A DNA stretch of 64,000 nucleotides, taken from Octopus sinensis. Lineage: Eukaryota. The notes under the pieces are model-generated. The model had not been told where the DNA came from, searched no databases, and saw only the letters and a list, made by a program, of their open reading frames with translations. The position numbers and the translations under genes are program-made. The stretch covers positions 15,376,001-15,440,000 of the forward strand of contig NC_042999.1 of NCBI RefSeq assembly GCF_006345805.1. Direction: 5' to 3'. This document shows positions 37,812 to 51,001 of this stretch, piece after piece (within the stretch, counting starts at the first letter, position 1; every line of letters begins with the position of its first letter).

Positions 37812-38182
37812 TTAACCCTTTCGTTACTGTATTTATTTTGAGATGCTCTATATTTCTTTCAATTACTTTAAATATTAGGTTGTCCCAAAAGTTCGTAAAC
37901 ACTTGCGAAAATTGAATTTTTACTCGCCAAGTACTAACAAAAACAACAAAAATTATTCCTCAAAATAAAGACCATTATTTTCCAAGACTTTCTATGAACT
38001 TTTGGGACAACCTTATATAACAAAGAATTTAGTAAAATAACTTAGTTATCATTCAGTTAGTGTTAGGAACATAAATTGTGACTAAGGTTTGGTGGAAGAT
38101 TTTAATTCAAAACTTATGAAAACAAGATATTTGTACTCAGAGCCAGAGCCGGTTTCGGCCAGGTTGGTAATGAAAGGGTTAA
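37812..38182 (+). mobile_element. piggyBac-like MITE family 1 (TTAA|CCCTTT...AAAGGG|TTAA) carrying a nested mariner-type MITE
   Basis: TTAA flanks and CCC/GGG termini. The body is homologous to 46203-46326, 50772-51001 and 53929-54551. Confidence 0.8.
37875..38015. mobile_element. Tc1/mariner-type MITE with TA duplication
   Basis: TIRs TTAGGTTGTCCCAAAAGTTCGTA and TATGAACTTTTGGGACAACCTTA, flanked by TA. Confidence 0.75.
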
Positions 38183-38426
38183 CTGATTCCTACTTCATAT
38201 GGAATGACTTAAAAATGGAAGACTTCCTCAAAATTGTTTGTTTCTTAAATAAATTATTATCTATATGTGTAATCTTAAATTTAAGTTCCTTAATTGTTTT
38301 TCAATTCATCATCATCACCACCACCGCTACTACTACTGCTAAATCCCCCTCCCCATCATCATCATCATAATGATCATCATCAGCTGTTGTTTTCAAGAAA
38401 AGATAAGGTATTAAAATATATCTGAC

Positions 38427-38554
38427 CTTGTTGTTGCGGGTGTATGAAGAGCTTCTAATGCACTTGGGTTACTTTTTAATAACTTATCCAAAGCATAGGC
38501 AAACACCCAGACTGCATCGTACACGTAGCCTGCAAATGTGCTCTCATCGTTATT
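38427..38554 (-). CDS. VKR: Venus kinase receptor exon (Venus flytrap domain part: NNDESTFAGYVYDAVWVFAYALDKLLKSNPSALEALHTPATT)
   Basis: Poly-T tract plus CAG acceptor, AAG|GTCAGA donor, 128 nt (phase 0 to 2). The GYVYDAVWVFAYALDKL motif is typical of GABA-B/ANF-type Venus flytrap modules. Phase matches the next exon. Confidence 0.9.
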
Positions 38555-38674
38555 CTGAAAAAAAAAAAAAAGAAAATATATATATAGTTTTGATAATATG
38601 AAATAAAATAAAATTAAAAAAAAGCATGATGGAATAAATATAATATTAAATAACGGTAAAAGTATATTGTCTTT

Positions 38675-39083
38675 GCGCAGGAGTGGCTGTGTGGTAAGTA
38701 GCTTGCTAACCAACCACATGGTTCCGGGTTCAGTCCCACTGCGTGGCATCTTGGGCAAGTGCCTTCTGCTATAGCCCCGGGCTGACCAATGCCTTGTGAG
38801 TGGATTTCGTAGACGGAAACTGAAAGAAGCCTGTCATATATATGTATATATATATATATAAGTGTATGTGTATATGTTTGTGTGTCTGTGTTTGTCCCCC
38901 TAGCATTGCTTGACAACTGATGCTGGTGTGTTTACGTCCCCGTCACTTAGCAGTTCGGCAAAAGAGACCGATAGAATAAGTACTGGGCTTACAAAGAATA
39001 AGTCCCGGGGTCGATTTGCTCGACTAAAGGCGGTGCTCCAGCATGGCCGCAGTCAAATGACTGAAACAAGTAAAAGAGTAAAG
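38675..39083 (+). mobile_element. CORE-like SINE family B, full length
   Basis: GCAGGAGTGGCTGTGTGGTAAG head, GGTTCAGTCC B box, GGCATCTTGGGCAAG CORE-like motif and GAAACAAGTAAAAGAGTAAAG tail. Confidence 0.85.
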
Positions 39084-39509
39084 CAGCAAAAGACTTTAAT
39101 AAATATATCTATTTACCATATTATTTTAAACTAAGAAAATATTATTTTAATCTAGAAAATTAAAATTTAAAATTAAACTGTGGCTAGGAATGATTACACT
39201 AATCTAATTTAATCAGTTATATGTTGTTTCTTGGTAAATCTAGAGCACCAGGAAGTATGGTTTTCTGCAAGACATTCCCAAGATTTGATATTAAAGCTGT
39301 GAGTTAAGGAAGATACATTTTGAAAGATTCTGGGACATGCTTTCTGTCAACCAAACTAAGGTTTCTGCTGTCAAGATTACAGTACATTGTTTTAGTAGGT
39401 GTCACCTTAGGGCATCAAGCAGTATATCCAATCTGTGTCTCAACATGTTGTCTCCATTAAGTAGTATACACCAGATGGTTCTTCAAAGTCTGGTCGCATT
39501 GAAATGATT

Positions 39510-40455
39510 CAATATCATCATCAGCATCGTTTAACGTCCGTTTTCCATGCTAGCATGGGTTGGACAGTTCAACCAGGGTCTGGGAAGCCAGGAGGCTGCA
39601 CCAGACTCCAGTCTGATCTGGCAGTGTTTCTACAGCTGGATGCCCTTCCTAATGCCAACCACTCTGTGAGTGTAGTGGGTGCTTTTTACGTGCCACCAGC
39701 ACAGAAGCCAGGGGAGGCTGGCAGCGGCCACGATCAGTTGGTGCTTTTTACGTGCCACCGGCACAGAAGCCAATCAAGGCGGCACTGGCACAACATCATA
39801 ATATAGAATATAGTTTGGGATTAGTGGGCTGGTAATTTTCTTATTTCCTACTTTCTATTACAATCTTCCAGAGACAGAGTTGTGTTTAGGACTAACATTT
39901 ATTTTTCTCACAGACTTGGATGTATAGTTAAAAAGCTGGCTTCCCAGCCATGTGGTTTTCAGTTCAGTTTCACTGTACAACAACTTGGGCAAATGTCTTC
40001 TACTGTAGCACTGGGCCACCCAAAGCCTTGCAAGTCAGTCTAGTAGCTGGAAACTGAAAGAAGCTTGTTGTATGTATGTATGTGTATATATATAAATATG
40101 TACACACACATACATGCAGTTATGTATGTGTACATCATCATCATCATTTAACATCCGCTTTCCATGCTAGTATGGGTTGGATCATTTGACTGAGGACTGG
40201 TGAACCAGATGGCTGCGCCAGGCTCCAATCTGATCTGGCAGAGTTTCTACAGCTGGATGTCCTTCCTAATGCCAACCACTCTGAGATTGTAGTGGGTGCT
40301 TATACGTGCCACCGGCATGAGGACCAGTCTGGCAGTACTGGCAACGGCCACGCTCGAAATGGTGTTTTTTATGTGCCACCTGCACAGGAGTCAGTCCTGT
40401 GGCACTGGCAATGACCTCGCTCGAATGCTTTGTTCACGTGCCACCAGCACAAGTG
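39510..40455 (-). mobile_element. Two RTE 3'-end copies (about 39510-39800 and 40135-40455) with a degenerate SINE B between them
   Basis: (CAT)n tails followed by the reverse-complemented RTE 3' UTR. Confidence 0.7.
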
Positions 40456-42158
40456 TACATGTATATAGGTATGTTTGTATGTACCCTTGTCTAGATACTG
40501 TATGATGGTGGTAAATAAGCATCATCATCATCATCATCATACAAACAAGGTTGTTCATTTCCAGTCTTCTGTGTAAAACATGTCTGATCACGGGGAAATA
40601 TTACATTAATTGGAAACAAGTGAGGGTTGGCAACAGGAAGGGCATCTGGCTGTAAAAAATCTGCCTCAACAAATTCTGTTTGACTCATGCAAGTATGGAA
40701 AAGTGGACATTAAATGATGATGAATGCTGCCAAAAGTCAAGAAGTTATTAATTGCTTTAAATTTCTGTTCTTTCACAAAGATTTGAGGGATTTGGCGATC
40801 GTTGAATTTTATCTACATTTTTTTGCCCTTTATAATGAAGACAGAATTGTTTTAGATTGTAAAGAATTTCATCATCATCATTGTTTCAACATTCACATTT
40901 CCATGCTCGCGTGGGCAGAATGTCCTTCCTGTTGCCAACCCTCACTTGTTTCCAGGTAAGGTAATATTTCCCCATGATCAGACATATCTCAGAAGACTGG
41001 AAATGAAGGACACTTGCTTACGTGATAGTGACACTTCCTTACAACTATCATGTGAAGTCAAGGCAAGGAGACAGTAACATTCCTCACCCTCCACACATAC
41101 ATACACAAGGCTTCTTTCAGTTTCCATCTACTAAATTCACTCACAAGGCTTTTGTTGATTCAGGTCTATATAAGAAGACACTTGCCTAACGTGTTACACA
41201 ATGAAACGGAACCCAGAATCGTTGGTTGGCAAAGCAAATTTTTTATCACACAGCTATACCTGTGTCAGTATGTATTAATGACTTTATCTGAGGTGTTATT
41301 TAGTCTGCAGTAATAAATAAAAAGAAAACTATTTGACAATTGTGTGTTCGCCTGCCTGACAATTCTCAGGTGACTGAGATTTTACAGTTTTCAAGTAGAC
41401 GTATACTTTACTTCAATAGGCTGATGCAAACTTGGATAGTAATATCGGGAGATCATAAAACGGAACATGATGCTAAAAAAGCATAGAACACAAAGACCAT
41501 AAAACTTAATTGCCTTGACCTTTCAGCAGTCTCTCTCTCTCTCTCTCTGTCTCCTTCTGCATCAAACACACACACACAAGGAACCATTTGAAGAGATCAA
41601 AATGAATTCAAACTATGTAAGAACAACTAGATACAAGATGTAAGGGAGAAGAACTAAGAATGAACAAGAAAAAACAACAACAAAACAACACCTTTTCTCT
41701 CTTATTTACTACTCTCTCTTGGCTGTGGCCATTCTGGGGCACTGCTTTGATGTGTTTAGTTGAGCAAACTGCGCCCAGTACTTATTAAGTTTGGTATCTA
41801 TTCTGTTGGTCACTTTTGCTGAATCACTAAGTTATAGGGATGCAAGCAAGACCACACTGGTTGTCAACTTATGGGGAAGGGGGTACAAACACAAAGATAC
41901 ACATACACATATGATAGGTTTCTGCACAGTTTCCATCTCCCAAATTTCACTGACAGGGTATTGGTTGACCCAGGCCTATGGTAGAAGACACTTGCCCAAG
42001 AGCCATGCAATGGACTTGAACTGGAAACCAAGAGCTTGCAAAGCAAGTTTGTTAACCACACGGCCATGTGTACACTTACTAGATGAAGTTCTTGACAAAG
42101 CTGAATACATACCCTTCTAAACAGTAAAGAGTCACACCTATGTATATTAAATTTAGCT

Positions 42159-42191
<33 letters not shown>

Positions 42192-42209
42192 TATCGAAAA
42201 TCGAAATCA

Positions 42210-42746
42210 AATTCGATGACTAGCATCCGTGCTAGCAGAGTACAAAGAGCACCATACGACTGTGATCATTGACAGAGGCTAACTGGCTTCTGTGCCAATG
42301 GCACATAAAAGGCACCAGTTGAGTGTGATCGTTACCAGCGTTGCCTTACTGGCACTCGTGCCCCGTGCTAGTAGGGTGCTAAGAGCACCATCCAAGTGTG
42401 ATCACTGCCAGAGCAGCTAACTGGCTTCATTGTCGGTGGCACATAAAAGGCACCATTCGAACGTGATCATTACCAGCGTTGCCTTACTGGTACATGTGCT
42501 GGTGGCATGAGTAAAAAAATTGGAGCAAGGTCGTTGCCAGTACCGTCTGACTGGCCCCCATGCTGGTGGCACGTAAAAGCACCCACTACACTCTCGGAGT
42601 GGTTGGCATTAGGAAGGGCATCCAGCTGTAGAAAATCTGCCAAATCAAGATTGGAGCCTGGTGCAGCCATCTGGTTTGCCAGTCCTCAGTTAAATTGTCC
42701 AACTCATGCTAGCATGGAAAGCGGATGTTAAACAACGATGATGATG

Positions 42747-42750
<4 letters not shown>
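42210..42750 (+). mobile_element. RTE LINE 3' UTR with internal tandem repeats
   Basis: Repeated GGCACATAAAAGGCACCA..GTGATC blocks, then the conserved tail and GATGATGAT. Confidence 0.75.
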
Positions 42751-42804
<54 letters not shown>

Positions 42805-43061
42805 TAATAAATAAAATAAAACATATGCATATATATAAACATATATGTACGTACCTACCTCTACATGTACATATACACGCATATATGAGTACAGGACACC
42901 AAAAGGACGTCGAACACAATGAGAAATGAAAACATAGACACAAACCAAAGGAACTGGACATTTTTTTAAACAACAAAAAAATAGAGTACAGGACAATTAA
43001 CACAAAGAAAAAACCCCTTCTTCAGTCGCTATGGTTTCATCTACTCTACGTTTCGAAAGAT

Positions 43062-43117
<56 letters not shown>

Positions 43118-43519
43118 ACATTAATACATGACAGGTAAAAAATATGTCTTATCCCATTTGGGAATAATACAAGAAAGATAATGCCTAATTACTTTTGAAA
43201 CCAGATTTACAAACTAAATGCATATTACACAAATCAGTCATAGGAACTGAAGAAATTATAGCATCAGAGATACCCAGCCAAAACTACTAGTCTTAGGTTT
43301 TCTTATGATGCTGTACAAACAATGCACTACCGAGAAACAATAAAGGAAAATCCCTCTTATTTGTTTCCTGTAGGATCTTTAAGCCTCTGCTCTTTAAGAT
43401 GATATTAATATGCAACAGCACATGGTAGAGGTTTAGCTTAGACTTCATGCTATGAAGTTATACAGATACTGACAACTCGTAAGAGTATTACTGCTGTTAT
43501 TGAAGAACTAGAATCTTTA

Positions 43520-43606
43520 CATGGAATATATATATATATATATATACATACATGCATATATATATACGATATATACATACACACACATATGTCTATACAT
43601 ACATGC

Positions 43607-43637
<31 letters not shown>

Positions 43638-43990
43638 TATACACACACATATGTCTATGCATACATGCATATATATATGTATATATATATATACACACAT
43701 GTCTATACATACATGCATATATATGATATATACATACACACATATGTCTATGCATACATATACACACACATATGTCTATACATACATATACACACACATA
43801 TGTCTATACATATATATATGTATATATATATACATACATTTCTCTCTACACACACATATATATATATATTATTGGTATATGTCTCTATACATTTATGTGT
43901 ACACACACACACTGTGTGTTTATATACGTATGTGTTTTTGTAAATATGTCTATATAAAGATGTGTGTGTGTGCATGTGCAGATATCATCA
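43520..43990. repeat. Compound (TA)/(CA) microsatellite-minisatellite; the 3' part is duplicated at about 44435-44550
   Basis: Recurring ACACACATATGTCTATACATAC units; GTATATGTCTCTATACATTTATGTGT occurs at both sites. Confidence 0.75.
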
Positions 43991-44950
43991 TCATCATCGT
44001 TTAACGTCATATACACATATATGTAGACAGGTATATATATACATATATGTATGTATATACGTTTAGATATGATACAAATAACATGAGTAAAGTTTGAGGC
44101 AAAGAGGAAGTAAACAAACAAAAATACTGTATGGAATCAGACAAGTGAAAATATATGCCTGAAAAGCATAGAAATACAAAGCAAAAGAAACAGTAAACAA
44201 ATAAGTTAACAATGAAGATTAATATACCAAAGGAAGAAGCAGGAAAAAAATCTGACATTTTGGGTGATACCCTTTATCAAAGAGATGATAAAAAAAAGTA
44301 TTGAAGAAACAATTGAGAGGCAGTAGAGAGAGAGAAGGAAAAAGTATCCAATACTAAAAACACATCTGAGACCTGCCATGTGAATGTCTAACTATTTTTC
44401 GCTCTATCACACATCTATTAGTTTATCGAGCTACCAGTATATGTCTCTATACATTTATGTGTATACACACACACACACACACATATAGCTGTGTGTTTAT
44501 ATATGTATGTGTTTTTGTGAATATGTCTATATAATATAAAGATGTGTGCATATACATATATAAATATATATATATATATATGCACACAACACACACAAAC
44601 AAGTATATATTTGCATACATATGTTTACATACAGATGTATATGATTTACATTTTTTATTTACATTTCATATTCCAAATCTTCTATGTTATATTGACACTA
44701 TACTCTATCAGTAATATTTCAATTTTTAACTACAATATCCATGCATATTCCATGTATATTTTAGGTGCAAGCATGGCTGTAAGGTAAGAAGATTGCTTCC
44801 CAACCACATGGTTTTGGGTTCAGTCCCACTGCATGGCACTTTGGGCAAATGTCTTCTATAGCCTTGGGCCAAACAAAGCCTTGTGAGTGGAGTTGATTTG
44901 GTGGATGGAAACCAAAAGAAGCCCCTTGTGTGTGTGCTTGTATATATATA

Positions 44951-44985
<35 letters not shown>

Positions 44986-45161
44986 ATCAGTCGCCATATT
45001 TGACCACTAAATCCACAAGTTTTATTCATTCTCTTATTCCTTTCTGTTGAAGAGCAATGGCTCAAAACATAAAAGACTTTCTCACCTTCCCAAGCATCAA
45101 ATTAATACACTTGCCTGTTGTTTATACACCTGTCTTTGTCTTTTGTTTTTCTGTAAATTTC

Positions 45162-45205
<44 letters not shown>

Positions 45206-47169
45206 CGGGAAGGTTTACGAAAATAAACAAAAGACGAAGGCAGGTGGAGTACAAACAAACAAATGTATTAGTATGGCGCTCAGGAATAGAAATAGAACAA
45301 GTCTTTTGTGTTTCGAGCCTACGCTCTTCGATAGAAAGATACACAGAAAAGAAACAAGGAGAGAAAAAAAATGCGTGTAGGAGCTAACGGTCTATCATGG
45401 CGTTCTCCAGGCTTAAATTAATATAAGTACTGTTGACATTTAATTCAACAAAAAAATTTTCAATGCAGAACCCCAGCATGGCCACAGTCTAATGACCGAA
45501 ACAAGTTAAAATTTGTGTAGTAGCATCACACTTTGACATTGATCTTTTATCTAATTTTATTCATTTTCACTTCATTTTACTCTGTCTTACATTGCATTTT
45601 ACCTCTTATGGGAACTTTTTAATGGGATTTAGCAGTTCTTTTTCATACCTCCTTTAAAACACATGTGTTTTCTGTTGCACATTCATATTTTACCTATTTC
45701 TTAAGTCTTTATACATCTTCAAGCCCAGGATGCCCCATCTTCTCATAGTCGATACCAATTCCATTTATCATACCACAAATGGTTAATTCCCAACATTACT
45801 TTGTTTCTATTTCTTTCAATTACTCGAGGCTACTGGTGGATACATGAATAGATTATGATGCTTTCAGCCTTATCAGAGCAGTGTTTCTCAACCTTTTTAC
45901 CCTTGTGTAACCCTTAAAATAAATTACATGTCTCAAGGAACCCCTACAGAAACAAAAATTATATACCATACCGTTCTCATATTTTTCCATTGTAGCTTTA
46001 TACTAGTTCATCCAATCTTATTTTAATTTCATTTTGATTCTTAATTCCATGTTCATTTGGTTTTTAATATTAATATTCTAAATAAGGTACTGAGTTGGTA
46101 GCATTATTAGCATGCTGAGTAAAATACGTAGAGGCATTTTGATCCTCTTTACATGCTGAGCTCAAATGCTGCTGACACTGAGTTTGCCTTTCATTGCTTC
46201 ATAATTTATGTTCCTAACACGAGCTTAATGATAACGAAGTTGTTTTACTAAGTTCTTTGTTATATTTAAAATTAATTGAAAGAAACACAGAGCATCTCAA
46301 CAGAAATATGGTAACGAAAGGGTTAAATATAAGTATCATGTGAGCGCTGGGGTTGATGAAAAAAAAAAAAAAATTTCAGACCTTGTGCCTACAGTATAAA
46401 AAATTATCATCACCCTATATCATCATCATCATCATTGCTATTACTAAAAAGGTGGCATGCTGGCAGAATTATTAGCACACTGGACGGAATGCTTAGTGGC
46501 ATTTGACCTGTCGCTACGTTCTGAGTTCAAATTCTGCCAAGGTCAACTTTGCCTTTCATCCTTTCGGGGTCAATCAATTAAGTACCAGTGAAACACTGGG
46601 GTCAATATAATCATCTAGTTCTTACACACAAAATTCCAAGCCTTGTGCCCATAGTAGAAAGGATTATTATTATTATTATTACATATTCATATTTTCATTA
46701 GGAATATTATCATCATATCATTTCCTCAGTCTCCTAATCAGGAGATCCACTTTTCTATACTGTCATTTTCATTTTTAACACTTTTTCTCACTTGATTATT
46801 GTTTGTTTTGTTGCCAATGATGAAGTGGTTTTATAATTAGCCTACCACACCCTTTATACCTTCTTCTTTTTCTTCTTCTCCTTCTAATTCAATATTTGAT
46901 TTCTATTATTACTGTCTAGGTACTGTCCATCATTCTTATTCTTATTCTTTCTCCTGATATAAGCAACATACAATGCCTGACAGTCACACAATGTGAGGAT
47001 GCACCTTTTGATGGAGTGCCACTCTAATGTTTAAAAGTACAAATATTACATCACTTTCCACATCGTACTTTTGTGTGCAATGGTATTAAAAACAGGGTGG
47101 CACCGAAACAGTTGTTACTGGTCATCATAGATATACTAAACTCTGTCTTTGTTCTCACTCAAATAATAT

Positions 47170-47222
47170 ATGTGTGCGTATGTATCTATGTGTACACACA
47201 CACATGTACAGGCATACACACA

Positions 47223-47263
<41 letters not shown>

Positions 47264-47343
47264 TCACAGATGGATATCTATATTCACATACACACAATAT
47301 ATACATATACATGCACACGTATACATGTACATGTATACACACA

Positions 47344-47395
<52 letters not shown>

Positions 47396-47480
47396 TATAC
47401 ATACACTCACACAGATGGATATCTATATTCACATACACACAATAATACATATACATGCACACTCATATACACATGTAGAT
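47170..47480. repeat. Compound microsatellite with a duplicated CACTCACA..GATGGATATCTATATTCACATACACAC block
   Basis: The block occurs near 47260 and 47405, separated by (TA)n. Confidence 0.7.
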
Positions 47481-47648
47481 TTGTAAACTTAAATATGTAT
47501 CTGTAAGAATTGTAAAGAGAGAAAGAGAGTGTGTGTGTGTGTATATATCAAAATGCAGCGTTTCAGTTTTGAGAGACGATTATTGATATATTTTATTTTA
47601 TGACAGACATTAAATCACTGATAGTGTTCACCTTCCTCGATATATATA

Positions 47649-47705
<57 letters not shown>

Positions 47706-48696
47706 GAGATAGATATACATACATACACACTGTAATATATCTATTTTGTAAAGCTGAACAGAGAATATGAGAACTAAATCCACAGACTACACACAAGCAA
47801 TCACATCTTGTACACACATATGCCAAAAAAAAATATATATATATATATATAAATTAAAATAAAAATAAAACAAAACAAAAACAAACTTTTCCAAATACAT
47901 TCACAGACTTATGAAAATAGAAAAATTAGTACTGGGAAATAAAAGCTTTTGCGAACAAGAAACAGTTTGATAATCACTCTATGAAATATTCTACCCTACT
48001 GAACTCATATCTTCAATACTGTCCAATCACTTTTTAATATAAAAGAATGTGAAGTACAATACACAATATATAATAAGTGTCAGACATGATAATACGTCAA
48101 TAATATTAATATGATAGTAGAAGAGAAAACACAATTTCAGTGAAGTATATGCATCGCATCATGTTTGATGATAATAGACATTTCAAAAAATACTATAGCA
48201 TAAATATCCAACGAGTATAGTGTATCACAGATAACTTTCTAATAATAAATCTGAATTTGTTTTCAAATGATGAAATAATCACTTGTGAAATATCATATTT
48301 GACAATGTATCCAAGAGAATATATATTTATAAATTTGTATGTGTGTGAATATTTCCCCGTCAGTCTAGGATATATGATTTTAATGCTTCTTAATTTGAAT
48401 TCACTGAAATAGTGTCATATATATATTTATATATATATATATATATTGGTATGTGTACATTTAGATATATGTGTGTGTGTATATATATATACACACACAC
48501 ATCCATATATATTGGTATGTGTACATTTAGATATATGTGCATATGTATATATATATGTATATATATATAGATATATATAAATGTATGTATGTATATATAT
48601 GGATATATATATATAATATATATGTATAGGTATATGTATATATATATCAGTAAATGTATATATGTGTGTATATATATATATATATAGATATACCTT

Positions 48697-48727
<31 letters not shown>

Positions 48728-49934
48728 AATATATGTATACATAGAAATATACACACACATATATACACACACACACCCTCGTATACGTGTATAAAACAGT
48801 TAATCAGTCAGCTTGGACCACTGCTCTCGGGTAAATTCCTTCCCCTTATCTCTCAATGTCATTCGGCTTGCAGCACCTGATTTCCAACTTTTGTCAGATC
48901 TATCCAATTCATCACTCTATCTTGTTCATTGTTATCCTCGGCGGTCTCTTGCGGATTGAACTTGTCAGATTTTCCATGCACCGAAACCAAAATGTATCAA
49001 TGGAAAGAAATCAAGAAACACCTTCATATCCACTTGGGATGTGCAGCACACGCTACTGGAAGATCACATCTTGCAAGCCTCATGAACAAAATACCTATAC
49101 ATACATACATATATATACACGTGCACACACACACACATATACATAGACATACACACATATGTAGGCTGGTGCATATTTATTTTGGGGTATTGGAACTTTC
49201 AACGCTCCACAAAGACCAGTGATTTTGTGGTTTCACTCCCAGCCTGGGACTCCTCAGATTAGAGAATTGAGAAATGGCTATTCTATTTACAGGTGGTAGA
49301 TTTAGTTTGGGTTGTCTGTGGAGTATGTGGTTTTCTGAAGAAGGTGTTGTTTCTACTGATATTTGTTTGTTCTTATCAGTTAAGGCGAGTGGGGTTTTTT
49401 TTTTGTGGGGGTGTATGTGCAGATGCTTGTGGCTCTGTGTGGGTGTGGGTTTGTTTGAACAACAGAGATGTTTTTATTTGTCATAAAGCAAACGATTAAC
49501 AAGGATTTATTTAGGTGGCCAGTATTTATCTAAAAATGACAGTATTTATCTAAAAATGATATTTTGCTTTTTATAGAACTAAAAATGGAAAAGTAGAAAA
49601 AAACTAATATAGGCAACATAACTTAAGATGTGGCTGAATAGAACTTTTTTGGCTTTAGTGTGTTTTCATGTTCATCACTGGTCATTGAATAAAAATAAAA
49701 ACAACAAACAAAAGTCAGTTAGTTGATAATGTCAATTGAATAGCCAGCTCATGAGATTAATATGCAACTGGCTGAGCACTCAACAGACATGTGTACCCTT
49801 AACATAGTTCTTAGGGAGATTCTGTGTGACACAGAATGTGACAAGGTTGGCTCTTTGAAATTACAGGCACACTCGTTTTTGCCAGCTAACTTGACTGGAG
49901 AAATGTCACACAAAATACTTATACATATATACAT

Positions 49935-49969
<35 letters not shown>

Positions 49970-50771
49970 CACACATACACACACACCTTTATAGCATGGG
50001 TTGAACGGTTTGATTGAGGTCTGGCGAACCAGGTGGCTGCACCAAACTCCAATCTGATCTGGCAGAGTTTCTACAGTTGGATGCCCTTCCTAACACCAAC
50101 CACTCCAAGAGTGTAGTGGGTGCTTTAACATGCCACCAGCACGAGGGCCAGTCAGGTGGTACTGGCAACGGCCACACTCAAACGGTGCTTTTTATGTGTC
50201 ATCTGTACAGGATCCAGTTCAGCGGCACTGGCAATGATATTACTCGAATATGTTTTGACGCGTCACCAGCAGAAGTGCCAGTGAGGTGATACAGGTAACA
50301 ATCACGATGGCTGATCTATTTACAGGTGGTGGATTTAGTTTGGCTTGTCTGTAGAGAACTGATGAGCTTATGGTTGAGAGCTGAATAACCTAACCACCTA
50401 ACCACATGCCTTTACATTGAAGACCATTGAATAGGGTAGAGTGGAGATGTAGATTGGTTTGGCAGGTTGAAGTTGGTGCAGTAAAATAGGTGCATGTGCA
50501 GAAATCATAGATAGGTGTGGTGGTGTCTTTATACTGGTGAGCTTACTTGCTATCTCTGGTGCCATCAGTAAGATACCTCATTCTTGCTGTGGATGGATAC
50601 TGCATGATGGTGAAATATCTGCAAGTTCCAGGTGAGTAGGGAGAGGCCCTGTCAATGACACTCCACTTTTATTAGGGAAGTATGCCCTGATAAAGAACTT
50701 CAAGCCACTGGCAACTGCTGGCAATCCAGTTATTGTGATATTCATTTGAGGTAAAATTGCTTAAAACCTCT

Positions 50772-51001
50772 TTAACCCTTTTGATACCAACCTGGCTGAA
50801 ACTACCTCTGGTTCTGTAGTACAAATGTCTCATTTTCATAATTTCTGAATTAAAATATTCCACCAAATCTTGGTCACAATTTATGTTCCTAACACTAGCT
50901 GAATGATAACTAAGTTATTTTACTAAATTCTTTGTTATATTTAAAATTAATTGAAAGAAACACAGAGCATCTCAAAATAAATCCAGTTACAAAAGAGTTA
51001 A
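50772..51001 (-). mobile_element. piggyBac-like MITE family 1
   Basis: Reverse complement of the 37812-38182 body with TTAA ends. Confidence 0.75.

Noticed and set aside
43010-43060. Minus-strand GAAAC...CUGAAGAAGGGG as a permuted (type II) hammerhead
   Set aside because: Stems I and II do not pair convincingly.
45301-45340. Minus-strand GAGC-GUAG-GCUC-GAAA stem resembling hammerhead stem II
   Set aside because: The 5' core reads CUAUCGA instead of CUGANGA and there is no UH cleavage site; at best a dead relic of a Penelope-like terminus.
49274-50356. Direct repeats of about 50 bp (49274-49323 and 50307-50356) as a long TSD or LTR pair
   Set aside because: The enclosed DNA is a mix of unrelated repeats with no LTR termini; more likely two fragments of the same old LINE end.
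50547-50618. 72-nt AG...GT bounded open frame on the minus strand (YFTIMQYPSTARMRYLTDGTRDS)
   Set aside because: It lies within a decayed LINE-like segment and shows no resemblance to a VFT sequence.
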